NCBI GenBank assembly: GCA_963692865.2
Contig: OY843592.1
Coordinates: 1,568,001 to 1,632,000 of the forward strand
From: a bacterium
GTDB lineage: Bacteria > UBA8248
Direction: 5' to 3'
DNA length: 64,000 nucleotides
The notes beneath the pieces are model-generated. The model was not told where the DNA came from, did not search any database, and saw only the letters and a list, made by a program, of their open reading frames with translations. The translations under genes and the position numbers were made by a program. Positions 10,435-30,674 of this stretch are shown in pieces. Numbering within the stretch: position 1 is the stretch's first letter; every line of letters begins with the position of its first letter.

Positions 10435-11613
10435 ATGGCGAAGGCGAAGTTTGAGCGCACGAAGCCGCACGTGAACGTAGGGACGATAGGACACGTGGAC
10501 CATGGGAAGACGACGTTGACGGCGGCGATCACGAAGCACCTCTCTGAGAAGGGGATGGCGGAGGAGGTCGGCTTCGACGAGATCGACAAGGCGCCGGAGG
10601 AGCGCGAGCGGGGTATCACGATAGCGACGGCGCACGTGGAGTACGAGACGGCGAACCGCCACTACGCGCACGTGGATTGTCCGGGCCATGCGGACTACGT
10701 GAAGAACATGATAACGGGCGCGGCGCAGATGGACGGGGCGATACTGGTTGTTTCTGCGGCGGACGGACCGATGCCGCAGACGCGCGAGCACATTCTTCTG
10801 GCCCGCCAGGTGGGGGTTCCCTACATCTGCGTGTATTTGAACAAGGTGGACATGGTGGACGACGAGGAGTTGCTGGAGTTGGTGGAGTTGGAGGTCCGCG
10901 AGTTGCTCTCGACGTACGAGTTTCCGGGCGACGACATACCTGTGGTTCCGGGTTCCGCGCTTAGGGCTCTGGAGGGGAGCGACACCTCGTCGATAGACGC
11001 TTTGATGGAGGCGGTGGACGGCTACATCCCGGAGCCGGTGCGGGACGTGGACAAGCCGTTCCTGATGCCGGTTGAGGACGTGTTCTCGATATCGGGCCGT
11101 GGCACGGTGGCGACGGGCCGGGTGGAGCGTGGGATCGTGAACGTGGGGGACGAGGTGGAGATCGTGGGCATCACGGACACGAGGAAGACGGTGGCGACGG
11201 GGGTTGAGATGTTCCGGAAGCTCCTGGATCAGGGCCAGGCGGGGGACAACGTTGGCGTGTTGCTGAGGGGCGTGAAGAAAGACGAGATAGAGCGGGGCCA
11301 GGTTCTGGCGGAGCCCGCATCGATCAAGCCGCACTTGAAGTTCAAGGGCGAGGTGTACATCCTGACGAAGGAGGAGGGGGGCCGCCACACGCCGTTTTTC
11401 AACGGTTACAGGCCGCAGTTTTATTTCCGAACGACGGACGTTACGGGATTGGTGACGCTGCCCGAGGGTCGTGAGATGGTGATGCCGGGGGACAACGTGT
11501 CTTTGGACGTTGAGTTGATCACGCCGATAGCGATGGAGCGGGAGCTTCGCTTCGCGATACGCGAAGGGGGCCGCACGGTGGGGGCCGGCGTCGTCACCGA
11601 GGTCGTCGAGTAG
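10435..11613 (+). CDS. tuf: Elongation factor Tu (copy 1)
   Basis: [23 protein letters not shown]; 392 aa. Confidence 0.99.
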   Translation: MAKAKFERTKPHVNVGTIGHVDHGKTTLTAAITKHLSEKGMAEEVGFDEIDKAPEERERGITIATAHVEYETANRHYAHVDCPGHADYVKNMITGAAQMDGAILVVSAADGPMPQTREHILLARQVGVPYICVYLNKVDMVDDEELLELVELEVRELLSTYEFPGDDIPVVPGSALRALEGSDTSSIDALMEAVDGYIPEPVRDVDKPFLMPVEDVFSISGRGTVATGRVERGIVNVGDEVEIVGITDTRKTVATGVEMFRKLLDQGQAGDNVGVLLRGVKKDEIERGQVLAEPASIKPHLKFKGEVYILTKEEGGRHTPFFNGYRPQFYFRTTDVTGLVTLPEGREMVMPGDNVSLDVELITPIAMERELRFAIREGGRTVGAGVVTEVVE

Positions 11614-11652
11614 AGCGGTTTAAGCGGTCGTTTCAGGACGTCAGGTTTTCAC

Positions 11653-11729
11653 AGGCCAGTGGCTCAATTTGGTAGAGCACCGGACTCCAAATCCGGCGGT
11701 TGGGGGTTCGAGTCCCTCCTGGCCTGCCA
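11653..11729 (+). tRNA. tRNA-Trp(CCA)
   Basis: AGGCCAG/CTGGCCT acceptor; CTCCAAA loop; CCA end; canonical position before secE. Confidence 0.96.
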
Positions 11730-11789
11730 TGAACCCTGTGGCCGGTTCTTGGTTCGAGAGCGTCGGAAGCGGCTGCGGAGAGTGAATAG

Positions 11790-12005
11790 ATGAGTAACAA
11801 GGTGATGGGCTGGATTCATCAGGGGCGCGCTTTCCTGCGCGACGTGCAGAGCGAAGCGAAGCGCGTGACGTGGCTCGACATGCGCCAGACGGCGGCGCAG
11901 ACCGCCATGGCCCTCGTGTTCGTCTTCATCATTGCGATATATTTGGGACTCGTCGATCTGGCGTTGTCCAGGGCGGTCAGCTATTTCCTCAACTTCGGCT
12001 TCTAG
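11790..12005 (+). CDS. secE: Preprotein translocase subunit SecE
   Basis: FLRDV.SE.KRVTW plus a single TM helix; lies between tRNA-Trp and nusG. Confidence 0.93.
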   Translation: MSNKVMGWIHQGRAFLRDVQSEAKRVTWLDMRQTAAQTAMALVFVFIIAIYLGLVDLALSRAVSYFLNFGF

Positions 12006-12019
12006 GTCAGGATTCCGGC

Positions 12020-12547
12020 ATGTCCATGAACTGGTATGTGGTGCACACCTATTCGGGTTTTGAAAACAAGGTGAAACGCTCGATCGAAGAGCAGTTCCGC
12101 GGGGAAGAATACGAGGAGAAGCTCGGCGAAATCGTGGTTCCCACCGAGCAGGTGGTGAAGGTGAAGGGCGGGAAGAAGCGCACGAGTTCCCGAAAGTTCT
12201 TTCCCGGCTACATCCTGATCCGCATGGAATGCGACGAGGATACCTGGTACGTCGTCAAGAACACCCCGAAGGTGACGGGTTTTCTGGGCGGAACGGCTCC
12301 GAGTCCCCTCTCCGACGCCGAGATGGAGAACATCCTCAAGCAGATGAGCGGAGAGGCCGAGAAGCCCAAGCCCAAGATCGATTTCGAGAAAGGCGAGAAC
12401 ATCCGGGTGATAGACGGGCCTTTCGTGAACTTCACCGGCGAGATCGACGAGGTTCACGCCGACAGAGGAAAGCTCAAGGTCATGGTCAGCATCTTCGGTC
12501 GCGCGACGCCCGTGGAACTCGAGATGCTGCAGGTGGAGAAGGTGTAG
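12020..12547 (+). CDS. nusG: Transcription termination/antitermination factor NusG
   Basis: WYVVHTYSGFE..FFPGY..KOW GPFVNFTG..VSIFGRATPVEL. Confidence 0.98.
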   Translation: MSMNWYVVHTYSGFENKVKRSIEEQFRGEEYEEKLGEIVVPTEQVVKVKGGKKRTSSRKFFPGYILIRMECDEDTWYVVKNTPKVTGFLGGTAPSPLSDAEMENILKQMSGEAEKPKPKIDFEKGENIRVIDGPFVNFTGEIDEVHADRGKLKVMVSIFGRATPVELEMLQVEKV

Positions 12548-12650
12548 GGGAGAAAGAGCTCATCCGGGGCGCGCGGTTCGCCGCCGCCGGGAAACAGGAG
12601 AGACGCGAAGCCCGGGCGATATCCTGGTTTCGGTTTTTTGAGAGGGAGAA

Positions 12651-13076
12651 ATGGCGAAGGAAGCGGTTGGCATCATCAAACTTCAAATACCGGCCGGGCA
12701 GGCGAACCCCGCCCCGCCCGTCGGTCCCGCGCTCGGCCAGCAGGGCGTGAACATCATGGAGTTCTGCAAGGCCTTCAACGCGCAGACCCAGGGCAAGGAG
12801 GGCACGATCATACCGGTCGTGATCTCGGTGTACGCGGACAAGAGCTTCACCTTCATCATGAAGAGTCCGCCCGCCTCCGCGCTCCTCAAGCAAGCCGCCG
12901 CCCTGGCGAAGGGATCCTCCGAACCCGGGCGCGAGGGCGTGGGCAGCGTGACGCGCAGACAGCTCGAAGAAATAGCGGAGATCAAGAAAGAAGACCTGAA
13001 CAGCGCCGACCTCGAAGGGGCCGTCCGTATCATCGAGGGCACGGCCCGCAGCATGGGAATCGAGGTCAGCGGGTAG
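12651..13076 (+). CDS. rplK: 50S ribosomal protein L11
   Basis: [24 protein letters not shown]. Confidence 0.98.
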   Translation: MAKEAVGIIKLQIPAGQANPAPPVGPALGQQGVNIMEFCKAFNAQTQGKEGTIIPVVISVYADKSFTFIMKSPPASALLKQAAALAKGSSEPGREGVGSVTRRQLEEIAEIKKEDLNSADLEGAVRIIEGTARSMGIEVSG

Positions 13077-13091
13077 TTTTTATCGAACCTA

Positions 13092-13127
13092 GTGGGAGGC
13101 GTCCGCGCCGGGCGCCGCTCGAACCAC
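13092..13127 (+). promoter_or_regulatory. L1-binding autoregulatory mRNA element
   Basis: GTGGGAG-hairpin-GCTCGAACCAC directly before the rplA RBS; resembles the GUGGGAG...ACCAC L1 target known between rplK and rplA in Firmicutes. Confidence 0.7.
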
Positions 13128-13144
13128 GAAGGAGGAGCCAGGAA

Positions 13145-13849
13145 ATGCCCAGACACGGCAAGAATTACAAACAAGCCAAGGAGCGGGTCGACAGGGAGAA
13201 GCTGCATCCGCTCTCAGAAGCCGTCGGCCTCGTGAAGGAGGTATCCTCGGCGAAATTCGACGAGACCGTCGAGATATCCGCCAAGCTCGGCGTCGACCCG
13301 CGCCATGCGGAGCAGATGGTGAGGGGCAGCGTCGTTCTGCCCAACGGCATCGGCAAGGAGGAGCGCGTCGTTGCGTTCGCCAAGGGCGAGAAGGTGGCCG
13401 AGGCCAAGGAGGCGGGCGCCGAATACGTGGGCGCGGACGATCTGGCCGAGAAGATTCAGGGCGGCTGGATGGAGTTCGACCGCGTGGTGGCGACGCCCGA
13501 CGTCATGAGCGTCGTGGGCAAGCTCGGGCGGCTGCTCGGGCCGCGCGGCATGATGCCCAACCCGAAATCCGGCACCGTCTCCTTCGACGTGGGCCGCATG
13601 GTTCGGGAGATCAAGGCGGGCAAGGTGGAATATCGCGTGGACAAGGCGGGCATCATTCACGCCCCGATCGGAAAGGTGAGTTTCGAGGAAAAGGCGCTCT
13701 CCGAGAACGTCTCGGCGGTCGTGGACGCGCTCGTTCGCGCGAAGCCCGCGGCGAGCAAGGGGGTGTACTTCAAGGGGCTCACCATCTCCAGCACGATGGG
13801 GCCCGGCGTGAAGGTCGACCACCAGTCTCTTCTCGCGGCGTTGAAATAA
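13145..13849 (+). CDS. rplA: 50S ribosomal protein L1
   Basis: [34 protein letters not shown]. Confidence 0.98.
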   Translation: MPRHGKNYKQAKERVDREKLHPLSEAVGLVKEVSSAKFDETVEISAKLGVDPRHAEQMVRGSVVLPNGIGKEERVVAFAKGEKVAEAKEAGAEYVGADDLAEKIQGGWMEFDRVVATPDVMSVVGKLGRLLGPRGMMPNPKSGTVSFDVGRMVREIKAGKVEYRVDKAGIIHAPIGKVSFEEKALSENVSAVVDALVRAKPAASKGVYFKGLTISSTMGPGVKVDHQSLLAALK

Positions 13850-13861
13850 GGAGGCCCTGAA

Positions 13862-14422
13862 ATGGCGACGGCAGTAGTGGAGAAAGGGAGGCTGGCGGCG
13901 GGCAAGGCGCCCCGCGCCGACAAGATCGAGGCGATAGAGGCGCTTCAGACCCGTTTCAACGAGAGTACTTCTTTGGTGCTGTTCGATTATCGCGGGCTGA
14001 GCGTCGCGCAGATGACGGCGCTCAGGCGGCAGACGCGCGAGGCCGGCGTCCGGCTCTCCGTCGTCAAGAATTCGCTCACCGAGCGCGCGGTCGCGGGCAC
14101 GGGTTTCGAGGAGTTGCGAGGAAGGCTGAACGGACCGATTTCCATCGTGACGACCGACGGCGACCCCGCGGCGCCCGCCAAGATACTAAAGGATTTCGTG
14201 AAGGAAGAATCCGCCGGCGAGATCAAGGGCGGGGTTCTGGACGGCAGGTTCCTCGAAACCGCCGATGTGGAATCGCTTGCGGACCTGCCTTCGCGCGATG
14301 CGCTGCTCTCCATGTTGCTCTCCGCACTGCAGGCCCCCGTGGCGGGTCTGCCGAGAGTTCTGAACGGCGTCGTTTCCCAGTTCATCAACGTCGTTGACGC
14401 CATTGCCAAAAAGAAAGAATAG
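13862..14422 (+). CDS. rplJ: 50S ribosomal protein L10
   Basis: DYRGLSV.QMT.LR..VVKN..LADLPSRD. Confidence 0.96.
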   Translation: MATAVVEKGRLAAGKAPRADKIEAIEALQTRFNESTSLVLFDYRGLSVAQMTALRRQTREAGVRLSVVKNSLTERAVAGTGFEELRGRLNGPISIVTTDGDPAAPAKILKDFVKEESAGEIKGGVLDGRFLETADVESLADLPSRDALLSMLLSALQAPVAGLPRVLNGVVSQFINVVDAIAKKKE

Positions 14423-14533
14423 GTGTAATATATCTGATTGCCCTGAGAAGGGGGGCAAACGGCGAAATTTCCCCAAATAAAATGGCCATGACCTGGCCGA
14501 TGGTCTATTGCGAATGCGAGGAAAGGGCGAATT

Positions 14534-14917
14534 GTGGCGACCAAAGAAGAAGTAATCGATTTCATTGAAAACATGACGGTGATGGAGTTGAGCGAATTCG
14601 TCAAGGAGCTCGAGGAGAAGTTCGGCGTGACCGCGGCCGCGCCCATGATGATGGCGGGAGCGGGAATGGCGGCGGGCGGCGACGCGGGCGAAGCGGCGGA
14701 GGAGAAGACCGAATTCACCGTCACCCTCAAAGCGTTTGGTTCGGAAAAAATCAAGGTCATCAAGACCGTCCGCGAACTGACCAGCCTTGGTCTCAAGGAG
14801 GCGAAAGACTTGGTGGAAAGCGCACCCCAAGCCGTCGTGGAGGCGGTTCCCAAGGAAGACGCCGATGCCGCCGCCGAAAAGCTCGAAGCGGTGGGCGCGG
14901 AGGTGGAAATCACATAG
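14534..14917 (+). CDS. rplL: 50S ribosomal protein L7/L12
   Basis: [29 protein letters not shown]; GTG start. Confidence 0.97.
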   Translation: MATKEEVIDFIENMTVMELSEFVKELEEKFGVTAAAPMMMAGAGMAAGGDAGEAAEEKTEFTVTLKAFGSEKIKVIKTVRELTSLGLKEAKDLVESAPQAVVEAVPKEDADAAAEKLEAVGAEVEIT

Positions 14918-15011
14918 AGCTCACCCGGGATGCAGATGGCCTGATCCTCGCCGTTCGAGGCGGGGTCGGCGCTTTACTCGTATCGCCCCCACTTTCTTGA
15001 GGTGAGCCAAT

Positions 15012-19058
<4,047 letters not shown>

Positions 19059-19142
19059 ATTTGAATTTCCGAGCCTTTTTGTCCGGCGGTTCCATCCACC
19101 GCCGCCCAAGGGATGACGCATATACTCCCAAGGAGGGTTGAA

Positions 19143-23294
<4,152 letters not shown>

Positions 23295-23330
23295 ACCCTT
23301 GAAAATGTGTATTTTTTTGGACGCGCGAGG

Positions 23331-23358
23331 TTGACAAGAGCGCGTGTCGGGCTATAAT
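23331..23358 (+). promoter_or_regulatory. Sigma70 promoter of the str operon
   Basis: Perfect TTGACA-16bp-TATAAT. Confidence 0.85.
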
Positions 23359-23556
23359 CGCCGCTTCGTTGTCTGGAGTGCGCGGTTCTTGAAGTCGCAG
23401 GGCCTTATAAGTAATTGAAATAATTATGGATACTTGGCTGCCCCGTCTCGAGGCTCAGCCGAAGTCGAAATAAAAAGCCCCGAGATGAGGGCAAAGAACG
23501 CTTTGGTCTCGAAAGCGCAGGATTTTTCGGGGCGGTTTTCTCGTGATTCGGAGTGA

Positions 23557-23931
23557 ATGGTGCCGACGATCAGCCAACTGATACGCAAGGGACGCAAGCG
23601 GATTCAGACGAAGACCGACTCTCCGGCGCTGCGCAACTGTCCCCAGAAGCGCGGCGTGTGCGTGCGTGTCTACACGACGACGCCCAAGAAGCCGAACTCG
23701 GCGCTCCGGAAGGTCGCGCGCGTGCGCCTCACCAACGGAATGGAGGTGACCACCTACATCCCGGGAGAGGGCCACAACCTTCAGGAGCACTCCATCGTCT
23801 TGATTCGCGGCGGGCGCGTGAAGGATTTGCCGGGCATTCGCTATCACGTCGTCCGGGGGACGCTCGACAGCGTTGGCGTGGAAGCGCGCCGCAACGGGCG
23901 CTCCAAATACGGGGCGAAAAGGCCGAAATAA
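23557..23931 (+). CDS. rpsL: 30S ribosomal protein S12
   Basis: [17 protein letters not shown]. Confidence 0.99.
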   Translation: MVPTISQLIRKGRKRIQTKTDSPALRNCPQKRGVCVRVYTTTPKKPNSALRKVARVRLTNGMEVTTYIPGEGHNLQEHSIVLIRGGRVKDLPGIRYHVVRGTLDSVGVEARRNGRSKYGAKRPK

Positions 23932-23973
23932 GCGGCATTCTCGTTTGAGGTTCCGCAGGGAGATTCATTTTCC

Positions 23974-24441
23974 ATGGCGAGAAGAAAAAGGGCCACGAAA
24001 AGAACCGTTTTGCCGGATCCGAAGTTCAACGACCGGCTGGTGACCAAGTTCATCAACTCCTTGATGCTCAAGGGGAAGAAGAGCTTGGCGGAGCGCGTGT
24101 TCTACGGCGCGATGGACGTGGTGGAGGAGAAGATGAAGGAAGACCCCATCAAGGTGTTCAAACGCGCCATGGACAACGTGAAGCCCGCCCTCGAGGTGCG
24201 CTCCAGGCGCGTGGGCGGCGCCACCTATCAGGTGCCCGTGGAAGTGCGGCCCGACAGGCGCACGGCGCTGAGCATCCGCTGGATCATCCAGAACGCCCGA
24301 AGCCGGGACAGGAAGATAGCGAACGGCCTGGCCGCCGAGATCATGGACGCCGCGAACGACACGGGCGGCGCCGTTCGCCTGAGAGAGAACACGCACCGCA
24401 TGGCGGAGGCGAACAAGGCCTTTGCCCACTATCGTTGGTAG
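23974..24441 (+). CDS. rpsG: 30S ribosomal protein S7
   Basis: [21 protein letters not shown]. Confidence 0.99.
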   Translation: MARRKRATKRTVLPDPKFNDRLVTKFINSLMLKGKKSLAERVFYGAMDVVEEKMKEDPIKVFKRAMDNVKPALEVRSRRVGGATYQVPVEVRPDRRTALSIRWIIQNARSRDRKIANGLAAEIMDAANDTGGAVRLRENTHRMAEANKAFAHYRW

Positions 24442-24460
24442 GCCGAGGGAAGGATAGATC

Positions 24461-26566
24461 GTGCCCAGCGAAGCGCTCAGGAAAACGAGAAATATCGGCA
24501 TCATGGCGCACATCGACGCCGGCAAGACGACGACGACCGAGCGCGTCCTGTTCTACACGGGAAGAACCCACAAGATGGGCGAGGTGCACGACGGCGCGGC
24601 CACCATGGACTGGATGGCGCAAGAACAGGAGCGCGGCATCACCATCACGTCGGCGGCGACGCGCTGCGCCTGGAACGATCACGTCATCAACATCATCGAC
24701 ACGCCGGGCCACGTGGACTTCACGGCCGAGGTGGAGAGAAGCCTCCGCGTTCTCGACGGCGCGGTGGCGGTGTTCTGCGCCGTGGGCGGCGTGGAGCCGC
24801 AAAGCGAGACGGTCTGGCGCCAGGCGGAGAAATACGGCGTGCCGCGCCTCGTGTTCGTCAACAAGATGGACAGGACGGGCGCGGATTTCCAAAGAGTTGT
24901 GGAAGAGGTGAGGGAGCGTCTCGCCGCGAACCCGCTCGTGCTGCAGCTGCCGATAGGGTCGGAGGAGCACTTCGCCGGCATGGTGGATCTCGTGACCATG
25001 AAGGCGCGGGTGTTCGACGAACCGATGGGCGCATCCTACGAAGAGGCGGAAGTGCCCGAGGAGATGAGGGCGGAAGCCGATGACTTGAGAGAAAAGCTCT
25101 TCGACACGCTCTCGATGTTCGATGACTCGTTGATGGAGAAATATCTGGAGGGGGAGGAGATTTCTCCCGAGGAGGTCCGGGCCGCGATTCGACAGGGAAC
25201 GATCTGCGGCGAATTTGTTCCCGTCGTATGCGGCTCCGCGTTTAGGAACAAAGGCGTTCAGCTCCTGCTCGACGCCATCGTCGACTACCTCCCCTCTCCC
25301 CTCGATATCCCCCCCGTTCAAGCCGTTTTGTCAGATGAAGATTTGGAACTGGGCAGAAAGCCCGAAGAAAGAGCGCCCCTGGACGACGACCCGCTCTGCG
25401 CGCTGGCTTTCAAGGTCATGACGGACCCTTATGTGGGTCAACTGGTATTCATCCGTATATATTCCGGCGTGCTGAAGTCGGGTTCTTCCGTATTGAACAC
25501 GATCACCGGCAAGCAGGAGCGCGTAGGGCGTCTCATGCGAATGCACGCGAACAAGCGCGAGGAGATACAGGAGGCCCATGCAGGCGACATCGTCGCCGCC
25601 TTGGGCATCAAACAGGCCAAAACGGGCCACACCCTCTGCGCTCCATCCCACCCCATCCTCCTTGAAACGATCAACTTCCCCGAACCCGTTATTTCCATCG
25701 CCATCGAGCCGAAAACGAAATCGGATCAGGACAAACTCGGCAACGCCCTGGCGAGGCTCTCGGATGAGGACCCGACCTTCCGTGTGCGTTCGGACGAGGA
25801 AACGGCGCAGACCATCCTCTCCGGCATGGGTGAGTTGCACCTGGAGATATTGGTGGACAGGCTTTTCCGCGAATTCGCGCTGGAAGCCGGCGTGGGCAAG
25901 CCCCAGGTCGCCTATCGGGAGACGATTCGGGCCGAGGCCACCGCGCGCGGGCGTTTCGTGCGCCAGTCCGGCGGACGCGGGCAGTTCGGGGACGTGGAGA
26001 TCACCATCAGGCCGATCGCGCCCGGCGGCGGCTTTCAGTTCGTCAACAAGATTGTGGGCGGCGTGGTTCCCAGAGAATACATTCCGGCGGTCGAAAACGG
26101 CGTCAGGGAGGCCATGGAAAACGGAGTTTTGGCCGGATATCCGCTGCTCGATATCGAGGTCACGCTTTTCGACGGGTCGTTCCATCAGGTCGACAGTTCG
26201 GAGGTGGCCTTCAAAATCGCGGGCTCCATGGCCTTCCGGGAGGCGGCGAAGAAGGCGAAACCCGTTCTGCTCGAACCCATCATGGACATGGAAGTGGTGT
26301 GCCCCGCGGATTTTCTGGGCGACGTCATGGGAGACCTCACTTCCCGGCGCGGCCGAATCCGCGAGATGGAAGACAGGGCGGGCGCCAAGGTGGTGAACGC
26401 CTCCGTCCCGCTCTCGGAGATGTTCGGTTACGCCACCGACGTACGGTCGATGACCCAGGGCAGGGCGACCTATACGATGCAGTTCGGCCGCTATGAAGAA
26501 ATGCCGCGGCAGCTTGCCGAGGAATTGATGGCGAAGAACGTAGGCACTGCAGTCGAAACGGCATAG
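24461..26566 (+). CDS. fusA: Elongation factor G
   Basis: [27 protein letters not shown]. Confidence 0.99.
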   Translation: MPSEALRKTRNIGIMAHIDAGKTTTTERVLFYTGRTHKMGEVHDGAATMDWMAQEQERGITITSAATRCAWNDHVINIIDTPGHVDFTAEVERSLRVLDGAVAVFCAVGGVEPQSETVWRQAEKYGVPRLVFVNKMDRTGADFQRVVEEVRERLAANPLVLQLPIGSEEHFAGMVDLVTMKARVFDEPMGASYEEAEVPEEMRAEADDLREKLFDTLSMFDDSLMEKYLEGEEISPEEVRAAIRQGTICGEFVPVVCGSAFRNKGVQLLLDAIVDYLPSPLDIPPVQAVLSDEDLELGRKPEERAPLDDDPLCALAFKVMTDPYVGQLVFIRIYSGVLKSGSSVLNTITGKQERVGRLMRMHANKREEIQEAHAGDIVAALGIKQAKTGHTLCAPSHPILLETINFPEPVISIAIEPKTKSDQDKLGNALARLSDEDPTFRVRSDEETAQTILSGMGELHLEILVDRLFREFALEAGVGKPQVAYRETIRAEATARGRFVRQSGGRGQFGDVEITIRPIAPGGGFQFVNKIVGGVVPREYIPAVENGVREAMENGVLAGYPLLDIEVTLFDGSFHQVDSSEVAFKIAGSMAFREAAKKAKPVLLEPIMDMEVVCPADFLGDVMGDLTSRRGRIREMEDRAGAKVVNASVPLSEMFGYATDVRSMTQGRATYTMQFGRYEEMPRQLAEELMAKNVGTAVETA

Positions 26567-26636
26567 ACAGGTATTTCGGGAGAGGGCGCGCGCGAGCGGC
26601 CCTCTTTGATTATCCAATAGAAGGAGAGTTCAGGTC

Positions 26637-27815
26637 ATGGCGAAGGCGAAGTTTGAGCGCACGAAGCCGCACGTGAACGTAGGGACGATAGGACACGTGG
26701 ACCATGGGAAGACGACGTTGACGGCGGCGATCACGAAGCACCTCTCTGAGAAGGGGATGGCGGAGGAGGTCGGCTTCGACGAGATCGACAAGGCGCCGGA
26801 GGAGCGCGAGCGGGGTATCACGATAGCGACGGCGCACGTGGAGTACGAGACGGCGAACCGCCACTACGCGCACGTGGATTGTCCGGGCCATGCGGACTAC
26901 GTGAAGAACATGATAACGGGCGCGGCGCAGATGGACGGGGCGATACTGGTTGTTTCTGCGGCGGACGGGCCGATGCCGCAGACGCGCGAGCACATTCTTC
27001 TGGCCCGCCAGGTGGGGGTTCCCTACATCTGCGTGTATTTGAACAAGGTGGACATGGTGGACGACGAGGAGTTGCTGGAGTTGGTGGAGTTGGAGGTCCG
27101 CGAGTTGCTCTCGACGTACGAGTTTCCGGGCGACGACATACCTGTGGTTCCGGGTTCCGCGCTTAGGGCTCTGGAGGGGAGCGACACCTCCTCGATAGAC
27201 GCTTTGATGGAGGCGGTGGACGGCTACATCCCGGAGCCGGTGCGGGACGTGGACAAGCCGTTCCTGATGCCGGTTGAGGACGTGTTCTCGATATCGGGCC
27301 GTGGCACGGTGGCGACGGGCCGGGTGGAGCGCGGGATCGTGAACGTGGGGGACGAGGTGGAGATCGTGGGCATCACGGACACGAGGAAGACGGTGGCGAC
27401 GGGGGTTGAGATGTTCCGGAAGCTCCTGGATCAGGGCCAGGCGGGGGACAACGTGGGCGTGTTGCTGAGGGGTGTTAAGAAAGACGAGATAGAGCGGGGC
27501 CAGGTTCTGGCGGAGCCCGCATCGATCAAGCCGCACTTGAAGTTCAAGGGCGAGGTGTACATCCTGACGAAGGAGGAGGGGGGCCGCCACACGCCGTTTT
27601 TCAACGGTTACAGGCCGCAGTTTTATTTCCGAACGACGGACGTTACGGGATTGGTGACGCTGCCCGAGGGGCGTGAGATGGTGATGCCGGGGGACAACGT
27701 GTCTTTGGACGTTGAGTTGATCACGCCGATAGCGATGGAGCGGGAGCTTCGCTTCGCGATACGCGAAGGGGGCCGCACGGTGGGGGCCGGCGTCGTCACC
27801 GAGGTCGTCGAGTAG
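26637..27815 (+). CDS. tuf: Elongation factor Tu (copy 2)
   Basis: Protein identical to copy 1 in the ORF track. Confidence 0.99.
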   Translation: MAKAKFERTKPHVNVGTIGHVDHGKTTLTAAITKHLSEKGMAEEVGFDEIDKAPEERERGITIATAHVEYETANRHYAHVDCPGHADYVKNMITGAAQMDGAILVVSAADGPMPQTREHILLARQVGVPYICVYLNKVDMVDDEELLELVELEVRELLSTYEFPGDDIPVVPGSALRALEGSDTSSIDALMEAVDGYIPEPVRDVDKPFLMPVEDVFSISGRGTVATGRVERGIVNVGDEVEIVGITDTRKTVATGVEMFRKLLDQGQAGDNVGVLLRGVKKDEIERGQVLAEPASIKPHLKFKGEVYILTKEEGGRHTPFFNGYRPQFYFRTTDVTGLVTLPEGREMVMPGDNVSLDVELITPIAMERELRFAIREGGRTVGAGVVTEVVE

Positions 27816-27839
27816 GCGACGGAAGGATAGCGCGAGAAG

Positions 27840-28148
27840 ATGAGCCAGAAGATTCGGATTCGACTGAAGGCGTACGATCACCGTCTGCTGGACCAATCGG
27901 TGGGCGAGATTGTCGATACGGTGAAGCGCACGGGCGCTTCGCTCGTGGGGCCGGTGCCGCTGCCCACTTCCATCAACAAGTACACGGTGCTGCGCGGCCC
28001 GCACATCGACAAGAAATCGAGAGAGCAGTTCGAGATCCGGACGCACAAGAGGCTCGTGGACATCATGGAACCCACGCAGCAGACGGTGGATGCGCTCATG
28101 AAGCTCGAACTCGCCGCCGGCGTGGACGTCGAGATCAAGCTGAACTAG
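27840..28148 (+). CDS. rpsJ: 30S ribosomal protein S10
   Basis: [17 protein letters not shown]. Confidence 0.99.
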   Translation: MSQKIRIRLKAYDHRLLDQSVGEIVDTVKRTGASLVGPVPLPTSINKYTVLRGPHIDKKSREQFEIRTHKRLVDIMEPTQQTVDALMKLELAAGVDVEIKLN

Positions 28149-28161
28149 GCGGGATGATGTG

Positions 28162-28875
28162 ATGCAATTTTTACTTGGCCGGAAGATCGGGATGACCCAG
28201 GTGTTCTCGCCGGATGGCGGAGCCATTTCGGTGACGGTGGTCGAGGCGGGCCCCTGCACCGTCGTACAGCGCAAGACCGAAGAGAACGACGGCTATGCGG
28301 CCGTTCAACTCGGGTATTTGCCCCGAAAGGAAAAGGGTCTCTCAAAGGCGGCCCTGGGCCATTTTCAAAAAGCGGGTACGCAGCCTTTTCGCTACCTCCG
28401 GGAGGTTCCGCTGGAGGATGAGGACGCGGAACTCGAGGCCGGCAACCTCATCGACGTGACGATATTCGATCGCGGCGACCGCCTCGACGTGACGGGCACG
28501 AGCAAGGGACGCGGCTTCGCCGGCGTGATGAAGCGTCATGGATTCGGCGGCGGGCCGGCGTCCCACGGCGGCATGTTCGATCGCCTCCCGGGGGCGATGG
28601 GGGCTTCGGCATATCCCTCGAAAATCATCAAGGGGAAGAAAATGCCGGGCCAGATGGGGAACGAAAAGGTCACCACGCAGGGGCTTTTGGTGGTGGACGT
28701 CATCCCCGAGGAGAATTTGCTTCTGCTCAGAGGCGCCGTGCCCGGGGCGAACAATGGATTCGTGGTTCTGCGCAAGAGCGTCAAGGGCAACAGGGGCGGA
28801 CTGGAAAAACCGAAAGAGCAGGCCAGGAGCCTGAATCCCCTGAAGGCTTCCAAGCGGGCCGCGCGAGGGAGTTGA
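28162..28875 (+). CDS. rplC: 50S ribosomal protein L3
   Basis: GRKIGMTQ..SKGRGFAGVMKRH. Confidence 0.98.
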   Translation: MQFLLGRKIGMTQVFSPDGGAISVTVVEAGPCTVVQRKTEENDGYAAVQLGYLPRKEKGLSKAALGHFQKAGTQPFRYLREVPLEDEDAELEAGNLIDVTIFDRGDRLDVTGTSKGRGFAGVMKRHGFGGGPASHGGMFDRLPGAMGASAYPSKIIKGKKMPGQMGNEKVTTQGLLVVDVIPEENLLLLRGAVPGANNGFVVLRKSVKGNRGGLEKPKEQARSLNPLKASKRAARGS

Positions 28876-28883
28876 GGAGCGAG

Positions 28884-29510
28884 ATGCCCCAGATTGATGT
28901 GTATGACCTCGAAGGAGAGGTGGTGGAGCAGATGGATCTGCCCGAGTCCGTTTTCGACGGTGAGGTGAAGATGCACCTGATCCACCAGATGGTGAAGGCG
29001 CAACTCGCGGCGCGGCGCGCAGGCACGCATTCGACGCTGACGCGCAAGGAAGTGCACGGCACGGGAGCGAAGCCCTTCCGGCAAAAGGGCGGGGGACGCG
29101 CTCGGGCGGGCGACGTGAAATCCCCGATATGGCGCCACGGCGGGGTCACCTTCGGCCCCAAGCCGCGCGATTACAGCCAGAAGATGAACAAGAAGATGAA
29201 AAGCGGCGCGCTCAGGAGCGCCCTGAACTTGAAGTGGAAAGAAGGGAAGCTGCTCATCGTGCGCGACCTCAATCTGCCCGAGCCCAGGACGCGCCTCATG
29301 GTGGAAGTCATCGGGAATCTGAATCTGGGCCGAAAGGCGCTGATCGTGGATGACGGGGGCGAGCGGAATTTCGAGTTGGCGACGAGAAACATCAAGGGTG
29401 CGAAGCCGATGCGGCCCGAAGGCCTGAACGTATACGACATCATGGGCCACGAGCACCTCGTTTGCACCAAGGGCGCGCTCGGCGGCATCTCGGAAAGGTT
29501 GGCGGGCTAG
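28884..29510 (+). CDS. rplD: 50S ribosomal protein L4
   Basis: [22 protein letters not shown]. Confidence 0.98.
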   Translation: MPQIDVYDLEGEVVEQMDLPESVFDGEVKMHLIHQMVKAQLAARRAGTHSTLTRKEVHGTGAKPFRQKGGGRARAGDVKSPIWRHGGVTFGPKPRDYSQKMNKKMKSGALRSALNLKWKEGKLLIVRDLNLPEPRTRLMVEVIGNLNLGRKALIVDDGGERNFELATRNIKGAKPMRPEGLNVYDIMGHEHLVCTKGALGGISERLAG

Positions 29511-29512
29511 GC

Positions 29513-29800
29513 ATGGAGAACACATCCATCATCCGCAGGCCCTGCGTGACGGAAAAAAGCATCGCGAGCACCGAGGAGGCGAACAAGGTCGTCTTCGAGG
29601 TAGCCGTTGATGCGAACAAGATAGAGATAAAAAAGGCGGTGCAGGAGTTGTTCGGCGTCACGGTGCTGAACGTGAACACGATGCGGGTGCCCGGAAAGAA
29701 GGTTCGCATGGGCCGCTACCAGGGCGTCAAGCCAGCATGGAAAAAAGCGATTGTGACGCTGCGCGAAGGCGACACCATCGAGTTTTTTGAATCCGCTTAG
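29513..29800 (+). CDS. rplW: 50S ribosomal protein L23
   Basis: [23 protein letters not shown]. Confidence 0.97.
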   Translation: MENTSIIRRPCVTEKSIASTEEANKVVFEVAVDANKIEIKKAVQELFGVTVLNVNTMRVPGKKVRMGRYQGVKPAWKKAIVTLREGDTIEFFESA

Positions 29801-29817
29801 TTTTTGAGGCGAGCATT

Positions 29818-30648
29818 ATGCCGGTGAAAAAATACAAGCCGACTTCTCCGGGGCGGAGATTTCAGGACGTTCTCCTGCGGGAGGAGATTACGACGGATCG
29901 CCCCGAGAAGTCCCTGACCAAGGGGATGTCGAAGTCCGGCGGAAGGAACAACCGGGGCCGCATCACCACCTACCAGAGGGGCGGAGGCCACAAGCGCCGC
30001 TACCGGGTGGTGGATTTCCGTCGTGAGAAGATTGGCGTGCCCGGCAAGGTGCGCTCCATCGAATACGACCCGAACCGCTCCGCGCGCTTGGCGCTCATCG
30101 TTTATCTGGACGGGGAGAAGCGCTACATCATCGCGCCCGACGGCCTCGAAGTGGGCGCGACCGTCAGTTCCGGACCCGACGCGGAGATTCGCGCCGGCAA
30201 CGCGCTGCCCGTGGAGCGGATTCCGCTGGGCACCACGTGCCACAACATCGAGATGAAGCCCGGACGCGGGGGACAAATCGCCCGCAGCGCGGGCGTGAGC
30301 GCCCAGCTCATGGCGAAGGAGGGGAATTATGCGCAGTTCCGGCTCTCCTCCGGCGAGGTCCGCATGATTCACCTTGCTTGCTACGCCACGATTGGCGAGG
30401 TGGGAAATTCCGACCACAGCAACGTGAGCCTCGGCAAGGCGGGCCGCAAGCGCTGGCTGGGCCGTCGCCCCAACGTCCGCGGCGTGGCCATGAACCCGGT
30501 GGATCATCCCCTGGGCGGCGGCGAGGGCAAGAGTTCGGGAGGCAGGCACCCGGTGACCCCGTGGGGCAAGCCGACGAAAGGATACAAGACGCGCAAGAAG
30601 GACAAGCCTTCTTCCAAATTCATCGTGCGGCGAAGAAAATCCAGGTAG
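29818..30648 (+). CDS. rplB: 50S ribosomal protein L2
   Basis: [25 protein letters not shown]. Confidence 0.99.
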   Translation: MPVKKYKPTSPGRRFQDVLLREEITTDRPEKSLTKGMSKSGGRNNRGRITTYQRGGGHKRRYRVVDFRREKIGVPGKVRSIEYDPNRSARLALIVYLDGEKRYIIAPDGLEVGATVSSGPDAEIRAGNALPVERIPLGTTCHNIEMKPGRGGQIARSAGVSAQLMAKEGNYAQFRLSSGEVRMIHLACYATIGEVGNSDHSNVSLGKAGRKRWLGRRPNVRGVAMNPVDHPLGGGEGKSSGGRHPVTPWGKPTKGYKTRKKDKPSSKFIVRRRKSR

Positions 30649-30674
30649 CCGGATTTCAGGGAGATTGGATAGCG

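Noticed and set aside
26581-26610. Terminator between fusA and tuf
   Set aside because: A GC hairpin is present but imperfect with a short T tail; more likely a processing or stability structure within the operon.
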